Origin: a virus
Lineage: Duplodnaviria; Caudoviricetes
DNA length: 64,000 bases
Strand: one strand, 5' to 3'
Virus record (IMG/VR): IMGVR_UViG_3300028364_000013
Of the stretch, positions 20,920 to 32,240 are shown in pieces (the first letter of the stretch is position 1; each line of letters begins with the position of its first letter). A program made the position numbers and the translations under genes. The notes below the pieces were generated by a model. It searched no databases, was not told the origin of the DNA, and saw nothing but the letters and a program-made list of their open reading frames with translations.

Positions 20920-23900
20920 CTTATTTGTTTTTGTGGCGTTTTAATTTCAATCCAACCCTCTCCAGTATAACTTCCTGGAGCTTCAAGTCCAAGCTTCATT
21001 GTTACAAAAGTAAAGTCTCCATAAGTTTCTTTTACATTTTCAAATGTAATATCCTCTTCTTTAAGTGAATATTCACAAAAATCAGAATCCCACATAGATT
21101 CTATGAAACCTTTCATGATTTCTTTGTTTGCTTCTTCATCAGAAAAGTCAACATATCCAACTCTAAACCTAATTGTATGAGGAAGATACTTTTCTGCAAG
21201 CATGTATCCGTATTTTAGCTGAGCAATTCCACTCATCCTTGCAGGCTTTATAGGCATCTTGTTCTATTCTTAACCTTTCTACAGGCTTCATGCCTGGCTT
21301 CATTTTTGAGTATTTTTCTTCACTCACTTTTGAATGCCACAGGTCAGAAAGCCTCCTTTTCTCTTGAGCTTCACCCCAAGTTACTTGAATTACATTTCTG
21401 GTCCAAGCATTGTGGCTAAGACTCGGCATCTTTGTGTGCATGATGTACTCAGCCAAAAACTCTCCAAGACTATGTAAGTGTGTGTTTTTCATCAATTAAA
21501 ATAATTTAGTGTTCTTAAAATGATAAATTCTTTGGTGATTATACTTTGCAACTTCAGAGTCAAGAACATAATCTTCCTTAACAATTGTTTTAAGCTCCGC
21601 AGTGCTCTTATGTAAGTAGTTTCTTACAACTCTTGCAAATCTATTGTTAGACTCGTCAATCTCGTCCTGAGTAGCCTTAACGTTAAACATATCTGCTTCG
21701 TCCATCTCAGAAATAAACATACCAGTAGAAAACCCAGAAAGCTTGTACTTCTTCACAAACTTGTCAGCATTACACCAGATGTAAACATTTTCCTCTTTCT
21801 CTCTTAGCAAATATACCAGAGTAGAATCAATAATAGGAGTGATGTGCATTGGATAACCATTGCTGTACTTAACAAATCCCATTCCATGCTCAGTACCATG
21901 ACCAAGCATAATAATCCTATCAGCTTCCTTCATAAGAATCTTCAACTTGCTCTTACCAATTGGTTGGCGAATGACAGTTGCATTTATGTCACGATAAATC
22001 GTGCTCAGCATTTCTGTCGTTGGGTCGGCAGGATGTATTACTAATATGTTCTTATGATTGTTCATTATGATATATGTTCAAAAAATTCTATTCCACTTAT
22101 AATGTATCCATCTCCATGGTCACTACTTTTATTGTTGTAATGCTGTTCAATTTTTTTTTCTGCATCATCTTCTGTTGCAGCCTCAACAGTATGATTTCTA
22201 ACTCCTTTTTTAACTTCATGGTCCATATATGGATGGAAGTCGTAATGTACTTTAGCTATGAATAACATAATCTTATAATTTAGCTGCCATCTCAAGCAGT
22301 TGTGTTTTCATGTATGATTTAATATTGCCTCCAACTTTTTCAAGAGACCCAGTAAGTTTGTTAATCATCATATCAACATCCCCATCAGTATCAAGCTTCT
22401 CGGCTAAGCTCAACAAAGAAACACTCTCTGTAACAAGAAATGGCTTAAGAAGTGAATCAATAGCCTTTTTAATGTCTTCAACATTTCTCTTGCATTTAAC
22501 AGAAACCCAGCTCCATTCACCTGTCCACAAGTTAACAGAAACTTCTTCAGCATTTCCATCATCTCCAAAACCTGCTTCAAGGCCCCAGAGAGTCATTTGA
22601 ATATCTGTTGAGCGATACCCATAGATATTCTTTTTGTTTAATGTATATACATCACTAAGCCCTTGTTTGCTAATTCCAATTGAATCCAGGTAATCATGGA
22701 TAATAAGCTCCTCAGTTAAACCTTGTCTGTATGTGGGAACGAAATACTCTGCAGCATAAGAAAGATTTGCAACGTGTTGCTCAATCTGAGATTCTAACAC
22801 CTGCATATCATTTGTTGGCTTGAAGCCTTCTACAAAGTAATAACCACCTGTAGTGTGCTTTTTGATATGCCAGATATATTTATCTACCATCCTCATTCCA
22901 CGCTCGGTCTTAGACCAAAGTTGAATGTGGTTATCGTGCTTGTAAACTTTGTATTTCTCTTTTAAATCCTTTAGTCTCATATAGCTTTATAAAATATATT
23001 CAATCTCACTAACTTCATCATACCCTTTTGGTACATCAGTTCTATCTTTAAGTGACACTTCAACAAAAGTAATACCCTTAACTCTCTGTCCACCATACTT
23101 GTGAACATGAATCTCATCATCTTTGATGTGAGGGAAATCTTTCTTAAGAGTTTCAACCATCTCATTGATGTGAGAAAGATTTGAACTATAATGATTAGCG
23201 TGGATTTGAGCCTTTGCTAATTGCACCCCATTCGAGGGTTTGAATAATTTTGTAATTTCTGCCATAGTTTCTTATACGAAAAAAAACCCCAGATGTTCTA
23301 TCTGAGGTTTAGTTTTTTTATTTAGTGCTTTTGAAGTCGAATTCAAGAAATCGTTTTGGCAATCTTTTTAGCAATAGACCATCAAGTTTTCTGTTGTATG
23401 CATCTTCAGGATATACTTTGAATCTGTAGTCTCTCGGTCTCTTTCTCCTCGCATTAGTATCAGGAGATGAAATCCAGAAATCACACTTAAATGTTTTTAT
23501 GATAGTTCTGTAGGTTCCAGTTGGCCTTCTGTAGTATGGAAACTTATCCATAGAATTGGTATGATACAAATTCATTACTGACCAGCACTTCCATCCTTTT
23601 TCCTTAATGTACTTTTCTATATCTCCATAAAACCCTTTTAATAAAAAGTTTCCTTTCGATGTATAAGTCCAAGCAAGGCACCACGCACCTCCAGACCAAT
23701 CTGGTTTTCCTGATGGAGTCACTTCAATGACTGGGAATTCATTTTCCATATTCTAATTTTATAAAAATAAAGGGCTTATGACTTGGCTTTGTGGGTGATT
23801 GAGCAATCTTATAGGCACCTCCGCCAAGTCATTAGGGTGATTGAGCATTTTGTAAGCACCTCAAGCCTTTATTATTTCAAATATAATACTTTTAATTGTT

Positions 23901-23924
23901 ATACGCAAAACTATTCCAAATGTT

Positions 23925-24587
23925 CTAACTCTTAAGCATTTTTTTAAACGCTGCCATAGAAGTGACAGAACCCTCTTTAAGCTTGTATTTACTCTCAAGA
24001 CCTCGACACAATACATCAAATTTCTTTTCAAGTGATGCATGCTTCTTTTCCAATTTCTCTAAATCTTCCTTAGCGTTGATGTAGCCCCACTGGTATTTTC
24101 CGAATAGCATTTTCTTAATGTCGAATTTTCTCTTGTGAAGAAGAGGTGCTTGCTTTATCACCTTTGTTGAATGTACACTATCTCCTACATATATGAGACC
24201 TGCGTACTCTGGAATCTCACTCACATCAATAAGGCCATGTGGACATGCAAAGAAGAACCTGTTCGGCATCTTTACTGTTTGTGGGTTTACTTCTTTCTCT
24301 GGAGACCTTCTAATCTGCTTCTTCCATCGCTTGCTGTATCTGTACTTAGCATCTTTGGTAACAGAGTCCTGCTTTCTGCCTTCAAACAATTTGTGCTTGA
24401 ACTTCAAGAAGTCAGCAGCATAGTCAGACTTAGAAATCTTAACTTCAACTTCGTAAATATATCCTGATTTAGCAACAGAAAAAAAATCTGATTCCCAATC
24501 ACTACCAAAAATATATCTATTATGAAAATGATGGTCGTGAGTGGAAAACAGATTTCCTATTATGTCTTGTATTTCTTTGGCGTTCAT
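23925..24587 (-). CDS. MmcB-like PD-(D/E)XK nuclease-fold protein
   Basis: ESDFF...YEVEVKISKSDY.ADF.K and FFFACPHGLI..EIPEYAGLI. Confidence 0.65.
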   Translation of the reverse strand: MNAKEIQDIIGNLFSTHDHHFHNRYIFGSDWESDFFSVAKSGYIYEVEVKISKSDYAADFLKFKHKLFEGRKQDSVTKDAKYRYSKRWKKQIRRSPEKEVNPQTVKMPNRFFFACPHGLIDVSEIPEYAGLIYVGDSVHSTKVIKQAPLLHKRKFDIKKMLFGKYQWGYINAKEDLEKLEKKHASLEKKFDVLCRGLESKYKLKEGSVTSMAAFKKMLKS

Positions 24588-24642
24588 TATAAAATATAAA
24601 AAACGAAAATTACAATCCCAAATCTGAAGCTATTTTTTAAAC

Positions 24643-24677
24643 AAAAAAAGGTTTTCTATATTTAGAAAACCTTTTTT
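24643..24677. terminator. Intrinsic terminator hairpin
   Basis: AAAAAAAGGTTTTCTA/TAGAAAACCTTTTTT inverted repeat. Confidence 0.7.
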
Positions 24678-24697
24678 GTCATTAAAGCATTTGGCTC

Positions 24698-27026
24698 TTA
24701 TGTTTTTGTTAGAAAGCTATATATTGGTTTAGTTTCATACTTATCTTCAAAATCCTTAGTAATGTGATTTAAGTAATTAGGTATTGTAGTTACTATAGGT
24801 TCACAATGAAATAATTTCTTTTTACTCTTACCTACAAGCTCAAACCATTTTTCTTTAAGTTGTCTAACCTCATATTTTTCTTCTTTAATCAAAATATTTG
24901 CATAATAAGGAGGTAAATTATCATAATGCTCTTTATACCCCGCTCTCAATAAACAATTTGAAAATTTAGAAATAGGCCCTATGACAATTATGCACTCGAA
25001 ACCTTCCAAGAACTTTTCAATCATTTCTAAAAGTTTTACTTTAGACATCATGGAACCTACTGGAACTAATAACGTTAATTCAGATGATTTATTTAATATG
25101 AAATTGTGTTCATCACAATGGTCCAATAACTCTTTGTATACTTTTTTTTTAAATATATCTTTTTTAGGATTATTATTCATAACTATTTTTAAATGTGATT
25201 TGTGTTTGTTGCCTTTCTCATATAGCCTTTCTTTTTGAATGGCTCAATGAAAATCATTTTTGTTTCCTTCAATCCTTTTCCGAATGGCTGCAGTCTAAAA
25301 TGTGCGCTTACATCGAATCCTTCTGTTCTTATTGATGTGACGTTCCAATTGCTATTAACAATGGTCACAGGAATGTCTGGAAACGTATTAATAAGCTTTC
25401 CAGTCTTAGTTGTCCCATGTTTTCTTCCTGGCTCAACTATTATCATTTCATTATCAGAGAAATAAAAGAAACAAAGAAGTTTATATATCTTTGATTCCAA
25501 TTCAGTTACCACTGGGTCGTCCCAGTTGCTACTAAATCTCATTTCTTTTTGATTGTAATGAAATAGGTGAAAATTAAGAACGTGTTCTCCATGCTTCTCT
25601 TCTGAAGGAGTTGCAACAACCCAACAGAAACACAAGTGTCCTTTGAATGCGCAAAATCTAATAAGTGTATTGTTTGAATAGATGAATGTCATCTTCTGCT
25701 CTGGCAGTTTATCAAATATTGTCCAATCAAAATGAATACCTTTTGGCTTCACTTTGAGCATGTCAACCTTATCTAAAATTGTATTGGTGATGTAGTAAGC
25801 ACGTTGGTCGTACTGAGAAATTGTGTGATTTAGAGTCTTCAGTTGAGAACCTTCTTCTTCATCAAGCTCTTCATTGTTTTCAATCTTTCTAATTGCTGAT
25901 GGCAAGTGTGACTTCATCATCTCATAGAGAAGACCTTCATCAGTTAAGAATCTATATGCTATGTGTTTTTTTAAAACCATTATTTTGCTTCTTCTGGTTC
26001 GCATTCTCTTGTGCAATTCTCATCAACAAGAAGTATTGCGGTCATTAAAAAATGCTCTCCATCTGTACCAGGAAGTTTTGTGTAACCTTCGTTAAGACAA
26101 ATAGCTTTTATGTCACTTGTATAAAAGTCATGTAATTCCATTTGGTCAAACACTTCTCCAATATCATTCTTAAGAAAAAATCTTGATGAAGACTTTACAA
26201 GGTAAGTGATGGTCTTGTACTTTTTAAGGCCTTTAACCAATTCATCTGATGTCTTGCCTCCAAACCCAAGAGAAACCCCTCTCGGAGACTCCAGTGCATC
26301 TGTTAGGTCATAAGGGTAGTAGCCAAATTCAGTACCAACTCCTTTATGCTCTTTCTTGACGATTTGAATCTCGGCTAATTTTTTCTTTATATCGTCATCG
26401 CTCACGCTTTTATAGCTGTAATACAATTTAGGTATTTTTTCATAAGTGTCGCCCCACGCCTTTTCTCTCTTAAGCTCTGCTTCAAGTCTTATCACATCCT
26501 TCTCAAGGTCGTGAATTTTCAATTCTTCGTCAGTCATTTCAGTGATACTCTTTTCCATAATTTATGCTTTAATTAACTCATATACTGTTAGTGGAACTAT
26601 AGCAATCATTGCTAACGTACCAATAAGCATGCACTCTAAAAATACTAAAAACTTCATCTTTATTTATTTTAAACTTAATTTTGAAACTACAGGTACAATC
26701 TCATGAAAATAATTCTCCTTTTCATAATAAAGTACTTCTATCTTTTTTCCTATTAACTTCTTAGCAAACTCTTGATTGAAATTTATTAAAATATCATCGT
26801 CATAATCAAATAAGATTGTGTCATCAACATAAATATCAACGCCATATCCAAATATCATATCAGAGTTGTGTTCTTTTACAGATGAGTCAATGTAGCCAAT
26901 ATAAAATGACCTGCTATCTCCTATGTCCTCAATAGCCACTTCAATGAAAGTAACTGTCTGAGTCTTAAAATCCTGACCATAAGCCAGAGAAGACAAGAGT
27001 AATAATATGATGGTTAATGTTCTCAC
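24698..27026 (-). other. Hypothetical CDSs (24698-25180, 25189-26016, 25980-26558, 26664-27026)
   Basis: Co-oriented ORFs; 26664-27026 has a signal-peptide-like N-terminus. Confidence 0.7.
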
Positions 27027-27058
27027 TCTTTCTTATACGCAACAAAAACAATAATGTT

Positions 27059-27423
27059 CTATTCCTCTTCGTAAGAATCTGATTTTTCATGATTATGAAG
27101 CATGCACATTGTCTGATAATTCTTAATGTGATTCTTTCCACCTTTAGATTTTGGTTTGATGTGGTCTATTGTAAGCATCATGAGGTCGCCTTCGTGGTCA
27201 TAAGCATAAAGGTCCAAGTGGATTCCTCCACCGTTATCCTCTCCAAGTCCAAAGTGATAACCAGATAACTCACATCCAGAGTCAACACACTCAACACCCA
27301 GCTCAAGCAATATAAGTGCTCTTCTTAGCTTTATCTTTCTATCAGTAATCTCTTCATCCAAAAAAACTCAACGTCTCCGTGAGCTTTAATATCATCTATT
27401 GGATAGGTCTTCAGATTTTTCAT
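27059..27423 (-). CDS. HNH endonuclease (likely start MKNLKTY near 27423; 1-nt homopolymer frameshift near 27360)
   Basis: LTIDHIKPKSKGGKN...NYQTMC..HN.EK. Confidence 0.8.
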
Positions 27424-27636
27424 CACCATCAAGGTTGTCAAAAATAGTTAAAACCGCTTTGTTTATGTTGTCAAAATTCATGTTAATTCATTTTAATTTT
27501 TAAATAATTTTCTCTGGCCTCTATCTTCTTTTTTAAGTACTCCTGATAGAGTTCTTCATTGAATCCTATTTTTGGACCATCCCAGTAGGATTTGTATTCT
27601 TCTAAAGTTTTATCTTTTTTAGGCATTTGTTTTACT

Positions 27637-27677
27637 AAAAAATGGAAGTGCCAATAAATATTATGACACTTCCATTT
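27637..27677 (-). terminator. Intrinsic terminator hairpin
   Basis: AAATGGAAGTG/CACTTCCATTT stem downstream of 27682. Confidence 0.65.
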
Positions 27678-27681
27678 ATTT

Positions 27682-28059
27682 TTATTTTTTTAGAGCCACT
27701 AACTCATCAATAGATAATTCTTTCATATCTGATTTTTGTTTTTCAAAAATCAAAGCATCTATCTCTTGATTATGAAGTTTTGTAGCTGCAGCATTTTTTT
27801 CAGCATCAAACTCTTGCTTTTTAGTAATATATATCTCTTTCAATACATCGAAAATAAGTTTTTGCTCTGAATCTACAGCCATATTTTCATCAAGAAATGA
27901 TAACTCATCATCATTTTCTTTTTTAAGTTTTTCCTTAACGTTTTTAACTATTATAGATAGTTTGTTAAGACTAAGGTCCCAAAGTTGTTCAACAGACAAA
28001 GGTCCTTGTGAAGTTTGTATTCTCAATTTTAATCGAGAAGCTTTCATGAAATTGTTCAT
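27682..28059 (-). CDS. Phage coiled-coil protein, partner of the 717-aa ORF
   Basis: ASRLKLR..T..G.LSVEQLWDL motif recalled from large-phage proteins; not searched. Confidence 0.6.
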   Translation of the reverse strand: MNNFMKASRLKLRIQTSQGPLSVEQLWDLSLNKLSIIVKNVKEKLKKENDDELSFLDENMAVDSEQKLIFDVLKEIYITKKQEFDAEKNAAATKLHNQEIDALIFEKQKSDMKELSIDELVALKK

Positions 28060-28078
28060 AATTTTTGTTTTTTTATTA

Positions 28079-30232
28079 TTAATTGAATTTTACTTTTATT
28101 GTTCTTTTAAATGTTCCATATAATTTTAAAATCAAATCATCTTTTACTGTGGCATTAAATCCAAGTCCACACAGTTGTTTTTCAGTAGGCTCAAGCATTG
28201 ATGTTAGACCAACTACCTCCATAACCTTTCTGTGGCCAACAAGCTCTGAGTTTAAATTTTCATTATGAAAACTCCTAAGTGAAACATCAGACCTACACCC
28301 ATCAATCATAAACATATAATGTTTATTTCCTGAATTATTATCACCCCAATGATTAGGGGAAAGACAAACAAGATTAACCTTATGAAATTGATTTGTGTCG
28401 ATGTTGAATATACTTTTACTTACAGTGTTTGATGAGGTGATTTCCATTTTTTCTGAAGTTTCAATTTTAAATTCACCATCTTTTAACTTAATTATACAAA
28501 CCTCTGCAGTATTTCCATTACTCCTGCTTTTATCAAATTTTAATGAAGTTATTTCACCACCATGCTCTATTTCAATAAAAAAATCAGCCTTAAATCTATT
28601 GCCACTATAATCAACGATATAAACTTTATATGAACCATTTTTCATTTTGTTTAAATCAGAATAAGTTATATTCTCAACTCTTTTTTCAGGTGTTTGATTT
28701 CCATCAACACCTTGAGCATCCAAGTCAAGCATTCCTGAAAAAGGAGATTCTTTTCTCACATTTCTATAACATATATCATATCCACCTGGTTCTTCTAAGT
28801 GCAAATCATAATCATTAGTAGTATCTGGAAAATGAAGTCTGACATTTAACACTCCATCAATATTTCCACCCCTACCTTTTACAGCTTCCTTAATTAGTGA
28901 TTTTCCAGCAAGATTTCCTCTAAATGTCCAAGAAAATGGATTACTCCACTTGAACATGTTTTTAGATTCCTTATCAACAGTTGTTAACGCTACAAAGTTT
29001 CCACCCATTCTATTTTCAACAAAAGCCTCAACAGAAGTACATGTTGGAAGTATGTCTGACATAAACTTTTCAATAGACACTTCTTCTATTCCATCAAACT
29101 GACTTCTCTTGTGTCTTGTTGGTTTTGATGGTATAACTGAATCAAATACAGAGGCGGTTTTTACCTCACCACTTCCAACATTTGAATGTAAAATCTCATT
29201 TACATTAATATCATCAATTGTAGCAAATCTCCTTTTAATAGAATTATCAGTATATCCTAATTCATAGAAATCTTTCATGGCCACCTTTTTCATAGACTCA
29301 GTTAATGGAGCTGTTGCTTTCATGAAGTTTGCTGGGTCAACACGCTTATTCCAAGTTCTACAAGCAGTGTTAAGCTCTACACCCTCTGCTAATTCTACGC
29401 AAAGAGTTCCTATTAGTTCGTTTCTAAATTTAGAGAAAGGAAGATTGTAAGAAGTTACCCAACACCAATTATCTTTTTGTTTACTGGATAATTTTTCATA
29501 TTCATTTTTGAATGGGATTATTTGCTCTATCTTATAAAGATGAGTTTTACCATCCAACAAAGAACCTTGGTTTATCAAATCTCTAACTAACTCAAGAGTG
29601 TCAATTGGAATTTCTTCAAGACCTCTCTTAAACACATCTTTTGATTGTCTGTAATCAGATAAAATAGTTGCTTGTGACTTTCCAGAAGAATCAACAAACT
29701 TTTTATTCAAAACACCATGAAAGTGGAAGAATTGATATGACTTACCTGGAGTTACAACTCCAAACTTTTCAGCCTCTTCTTTAGTATATGTTTTAAAGTT
29801 ACTCTCAAAACCAAGTTTATAAACTATTTGACTTTTATTTATTTTTTCATATGGCAAATCATTCAACTCATCAAAAGTTTCAAAAAACACATCTTTTATT
29901 GGCGCACTCTTTAATATTTTTGACATGTTCTCACAAGAACTACGATAAACATCATCTTCTTCTAAAACTAAGTCCCACATGGTAACTATTTTGTAAGATT
30001 CATCAATGGCTACAACATTACCATATCTTCTAATAAAAGATTTATCAAGATTACAATTGTTAGTCGAACTCTCTGGGTCTCTAAAAACAGGGTTGTCTCC
30101 TTTTTTAAAAGATGATATGTATAAATCCCATAACTTATTACCATCCACAGATGACCTAAATAATTTACCATTATTTTGAATATCTGAGAATCTCTCTTCT
30201 ATTTTTTTTGAAAATTCACTAAATTTTGACAT
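28079..30232 (-). CDS. 717-aa phage protein with C-terminal YfaP/DUF2135-like beta domain
   Basis: DYDLHLEEP...GMLDLDAQG...RVENITY pattern; has its own promoter at 30257-30285. Confidence 0.55.
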   Translation of the reverse strand: MSKFSEFSKKIEERFSDIQNNGKLFRSSVDGNKLWDLYISSFKKGDNPVFRDPESSTNNCNLDKSFIRRYGNVVAIDESYKIVTMWDLVLEEDDVYRSSCENMSKILKSAPIKDVFFETFDELNDLPYEKINKSQIVYKLGFESNFKTYTKEEAEKFGVVTPGKSYQFFHFHGVLNKKFVDSSGKSQATILSDYRQSKDVFKRGLEEIPIDTLELVRDLINQGSLLDGKTHLYKIEQIIPFKNEYEKLSSKQKDNWCWVTSYNLPFSKFRNELIGTLCVELAEGVELNTACRTWNKRVDPANFMKATAPLTESMKKVAMKDFYELGYTDNSIKRRFATIDDINVNEILHSNVGSGEVKTASVFDSVIPSKPTRHKRSQFDGIEEVSIEKFMSDILPTCTSVEAFVENRMGGNFVALTTVDKESKNMFKWSNPFSWTFRGNLAGKSLIKEAVKGRGGNIDGVLNVRLHFPDTTNDYDLHLEEPGGYDICYRNVRKESPFSGMLDLDAQGVDGNQTPEKRVENITYSDLNKMKNGSYKVYIVDYSGNRFKADFFIEIEHGGEITSLKFDKSRSNGNTAEVCIIKLKDGEFKIETSEKMEITSSNTVSKSIFNIDTNQFHKVNLVCLSPNHWGDNNSGNKHYMFMIDGCRSDVSLRSFHNENLNSELVGHRKVMEVVGLTSMLEPTEKQLCGLGFNATVKDDLILKLYGTFKRTIKVKFN

Positions 30233-30331
30233 GTTTTTAATATTAATTTTATTTACTTATACACAATTTATTATAAAATGTTCTAAATAGAACATTAATA
30301 TTTATTGTACTGGGTAATTTTTATGGAAGAG

Positions 30332-30466
30332 TCACTTTTTAAAATTTTTAGCAACGTAACTTGCCATATCATCCATTGTATTGTAATAAGGGATGTTATA
30401 TTTTTCAGCCTTGTGAATCATATATCTCATTTTATCAGCATTCTTTGGATGACCCAGAGCAATCTT
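30332..30466 (-). pseudogene. Orphan duplicate 3' end of the phosphoesterase-NDT gene
   Basis: Translates KIALGHPKNADKMRYMIHKAEKYNIPYYNTMDDMASYVAKNFKK*, versus KCVLSYPKNAEKMRYMHMMAEKRDIPIYHSMKEVAEYVAKKFK* in 31215-32219. Confidence 0.85.
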
Positions 30467-30589
30467 TCAAAGATACAATTTTATTATAAACAATCCAATT
30501 ATTTAGTTAACTTATTTTATTTGTCCTATTATTATACTCATTATTCTGATTCCAGAAATTATGACATTTAATTAGGTTTTCATTTTCAT

Positions 30590-30970
30590 TTTTACTAAGC
30601 CAATCTCTAAATTTTAGAATTCCCAAATAACAATCAAGTTCCAAAAAAATTATTACCACACTTTGTGAGGGGATACTTAGAAGGGGATGGATGTATCGGT
30701 GTATATAAAACCAAAAATATGATTTCTATCATAGGAACACAATATTTCTTATCTGGAATGAAAGAGTGTTTGGAATCCTATGAAATACCTGGAGTTTATT
30801 TGAATCAAAAAACTAAAAACACCTGGTCTCTAACCATATGGAGAAAAAGTAGTATTTTAATGTTCAAAAAACTGGTGTATGATAATTATTTGAATAATAA
30901 TTCAACTAACTCAGAATTAATACTCAATAGAAAGTATGAAAAACTATTGACCATTGAATCACTTAGATAG
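30590..30970 (+). pseudogene. Truncated LAGLIDADG homing endonuclease
   Basis: LEFPNNNQVPKKLLPHFVRGYLEGDGCI motif; N-terminus missing or frameshifted; ends LNRKYEK. Confidence 0.75.
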
Positions 30971-31214
30971 TTCAAATTGTTCTACACAATGGTCATAACA
31001 TAGCCATCCACCTCCAGTAAACCAAATTCTAAATATACCCATAAACCAATCTGTTTTTTAAAATTTGTTCTTTATGATTACTATTCCTTCTATCTTGTAA
31101 TTTCACTCCCACCAAATCTTCACCCCATTCAATTCCCCAACCATCATGTAATGCTTGTCCGCAATTAAACTTTTTACCAAATCCGTCATCAATATATTTA
31201 ACTATTCCCATAAA

Positions 31215-32219
31215 TCATTTAAACTTTTTTGCAACATATTCTGCAACTTCTTTCATAGAGTGGTAAATAGGTATATCTCTTTTTTCAGCCATCATATGCA
31301 TATATCTCATCTTTTCTGCGTTTTTCGGATAACTTAATACACACTTCCCGCTATTAGCCCAATATCCAAATTCTATATTGGTTGTGAAACCTGGCATTGA
31401 GTCCAATTTCCTTGGAACCCAGAACAAAATTAGGTCGGATGCATTTAAAGCTCTCTCCTCCCATACAACTTGAGTGTCATAATCATACCCATCTTCTGGG
31501 TTTTCTTTCTCTGGCATCAAAATATGACCTTCATAACCTGCTTCTCTAAGTTTCTTAACCATAAGAGGTCTCCAAGTCTTAACATCAAGCTCACGAGGTG
31601 TTGGTCCTGCTAAAAACACTTTATCTCCTAAAGGAGGAATCATATCTGTAGCATACACATCAGCACCCTCAATCAAGTTAAGGTTTGCTGGAAGTTCTCC
31701 AGCAAATACATGCTTGTCATAAAACTTTCTGATTGCGTTCATGCAAAATATTAACTCATCTTCTGACACTGGAAGGAAGTTCCAAGCATCACATCCAACA
31801 TTAACCATATTTCTTTGAACTTTCCACAATCCGTGGATATGTCCAACAATGTTAAATTTATTTGCTACAGCTTTTCCTGGATAATGGTTTAAGTGAACCA
31901 TTTCTCCGTTTTTAAGCTTAAGGTCTGCGTTTACAACTACAGTTGCAAATAGTTTATTAAGCTTTGCCATTGGCCTTGGGTCATCGTAATTTCCCATTAC
32001 CAGATGTATTTTTCCATTAAGCCTCTCTACAACATCAAGACCTTTGTTTGTTGTTGCAAAGTCTCCAAGATGAAACACTTCATCGTTTGGGCCAACTACA
32101 GAGTTCCACTTTTCAACAAGATAATCCTCTTGTTCCTGTACTGTTTTAAATGGTCTATAAAATAGATTAAATCTATCATCACCATAATGAGAATCACTAC
32201 TGAAGAATCTTTTTTTCAT
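31215..32219 (-). CDS. Calcineurin-like metallophosphoesterase fused to a nucleoside 2-deoxyribosyltransferase-like domain
   Basis: SDSHYG, HLGDF, GNYD, LNHYP and GHIH motifs; C-terminal VFLAGPTP...WEERAL...FWVPR...TTNIEFG. Confidence 0.85.
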   Translation of the reverse strand: MKKRFFSSDSHYGDDRFNLFYRPFKTVQEQEDYLVEKWNSVVGPNDEVFHLGDFATTNKGLDVVERLNGKIHLVMGNYDDPRPMAKLNKLFATVVVNADLKLKNGEMVHLNHYPGKAVANKFNIVGHIHGLWKVQRNMVNVGCDAWNFLPVSEDELIFCMNAIRKFYDKHVFAGELPANLNLIEGADVYATDMIPPLGDKVFLAGPTPRELDVKTWRPLMVKKLREAGYEGHILMPEKENPEDGYDYDTQVVWEERALNASDLILFWVPRKLDSMPGFTTNIEFGYWANSGKCVLSYPKNAEKMRYMHMMAEKRDIPIYHSMKEVAEYVAKKFK

Positions 32220-32240
32220 AATATATGTTTTATTTTATTT

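Larger units (their letters stand above)
17156..23749 (-). other. Array of mostly hypothetical CDSs (17156-17359, 17353-17775, 17766-18395, 18897-19223, 19239-19880, 19877-20191, 20403-20651, 20916-21257, 21169-21495, 21496-22065, 22065-22295, 22273-22980, 22987-23265, 23318-23749)
   Basis: Co-oriented abutting ORFs. Confidence 0.75.
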
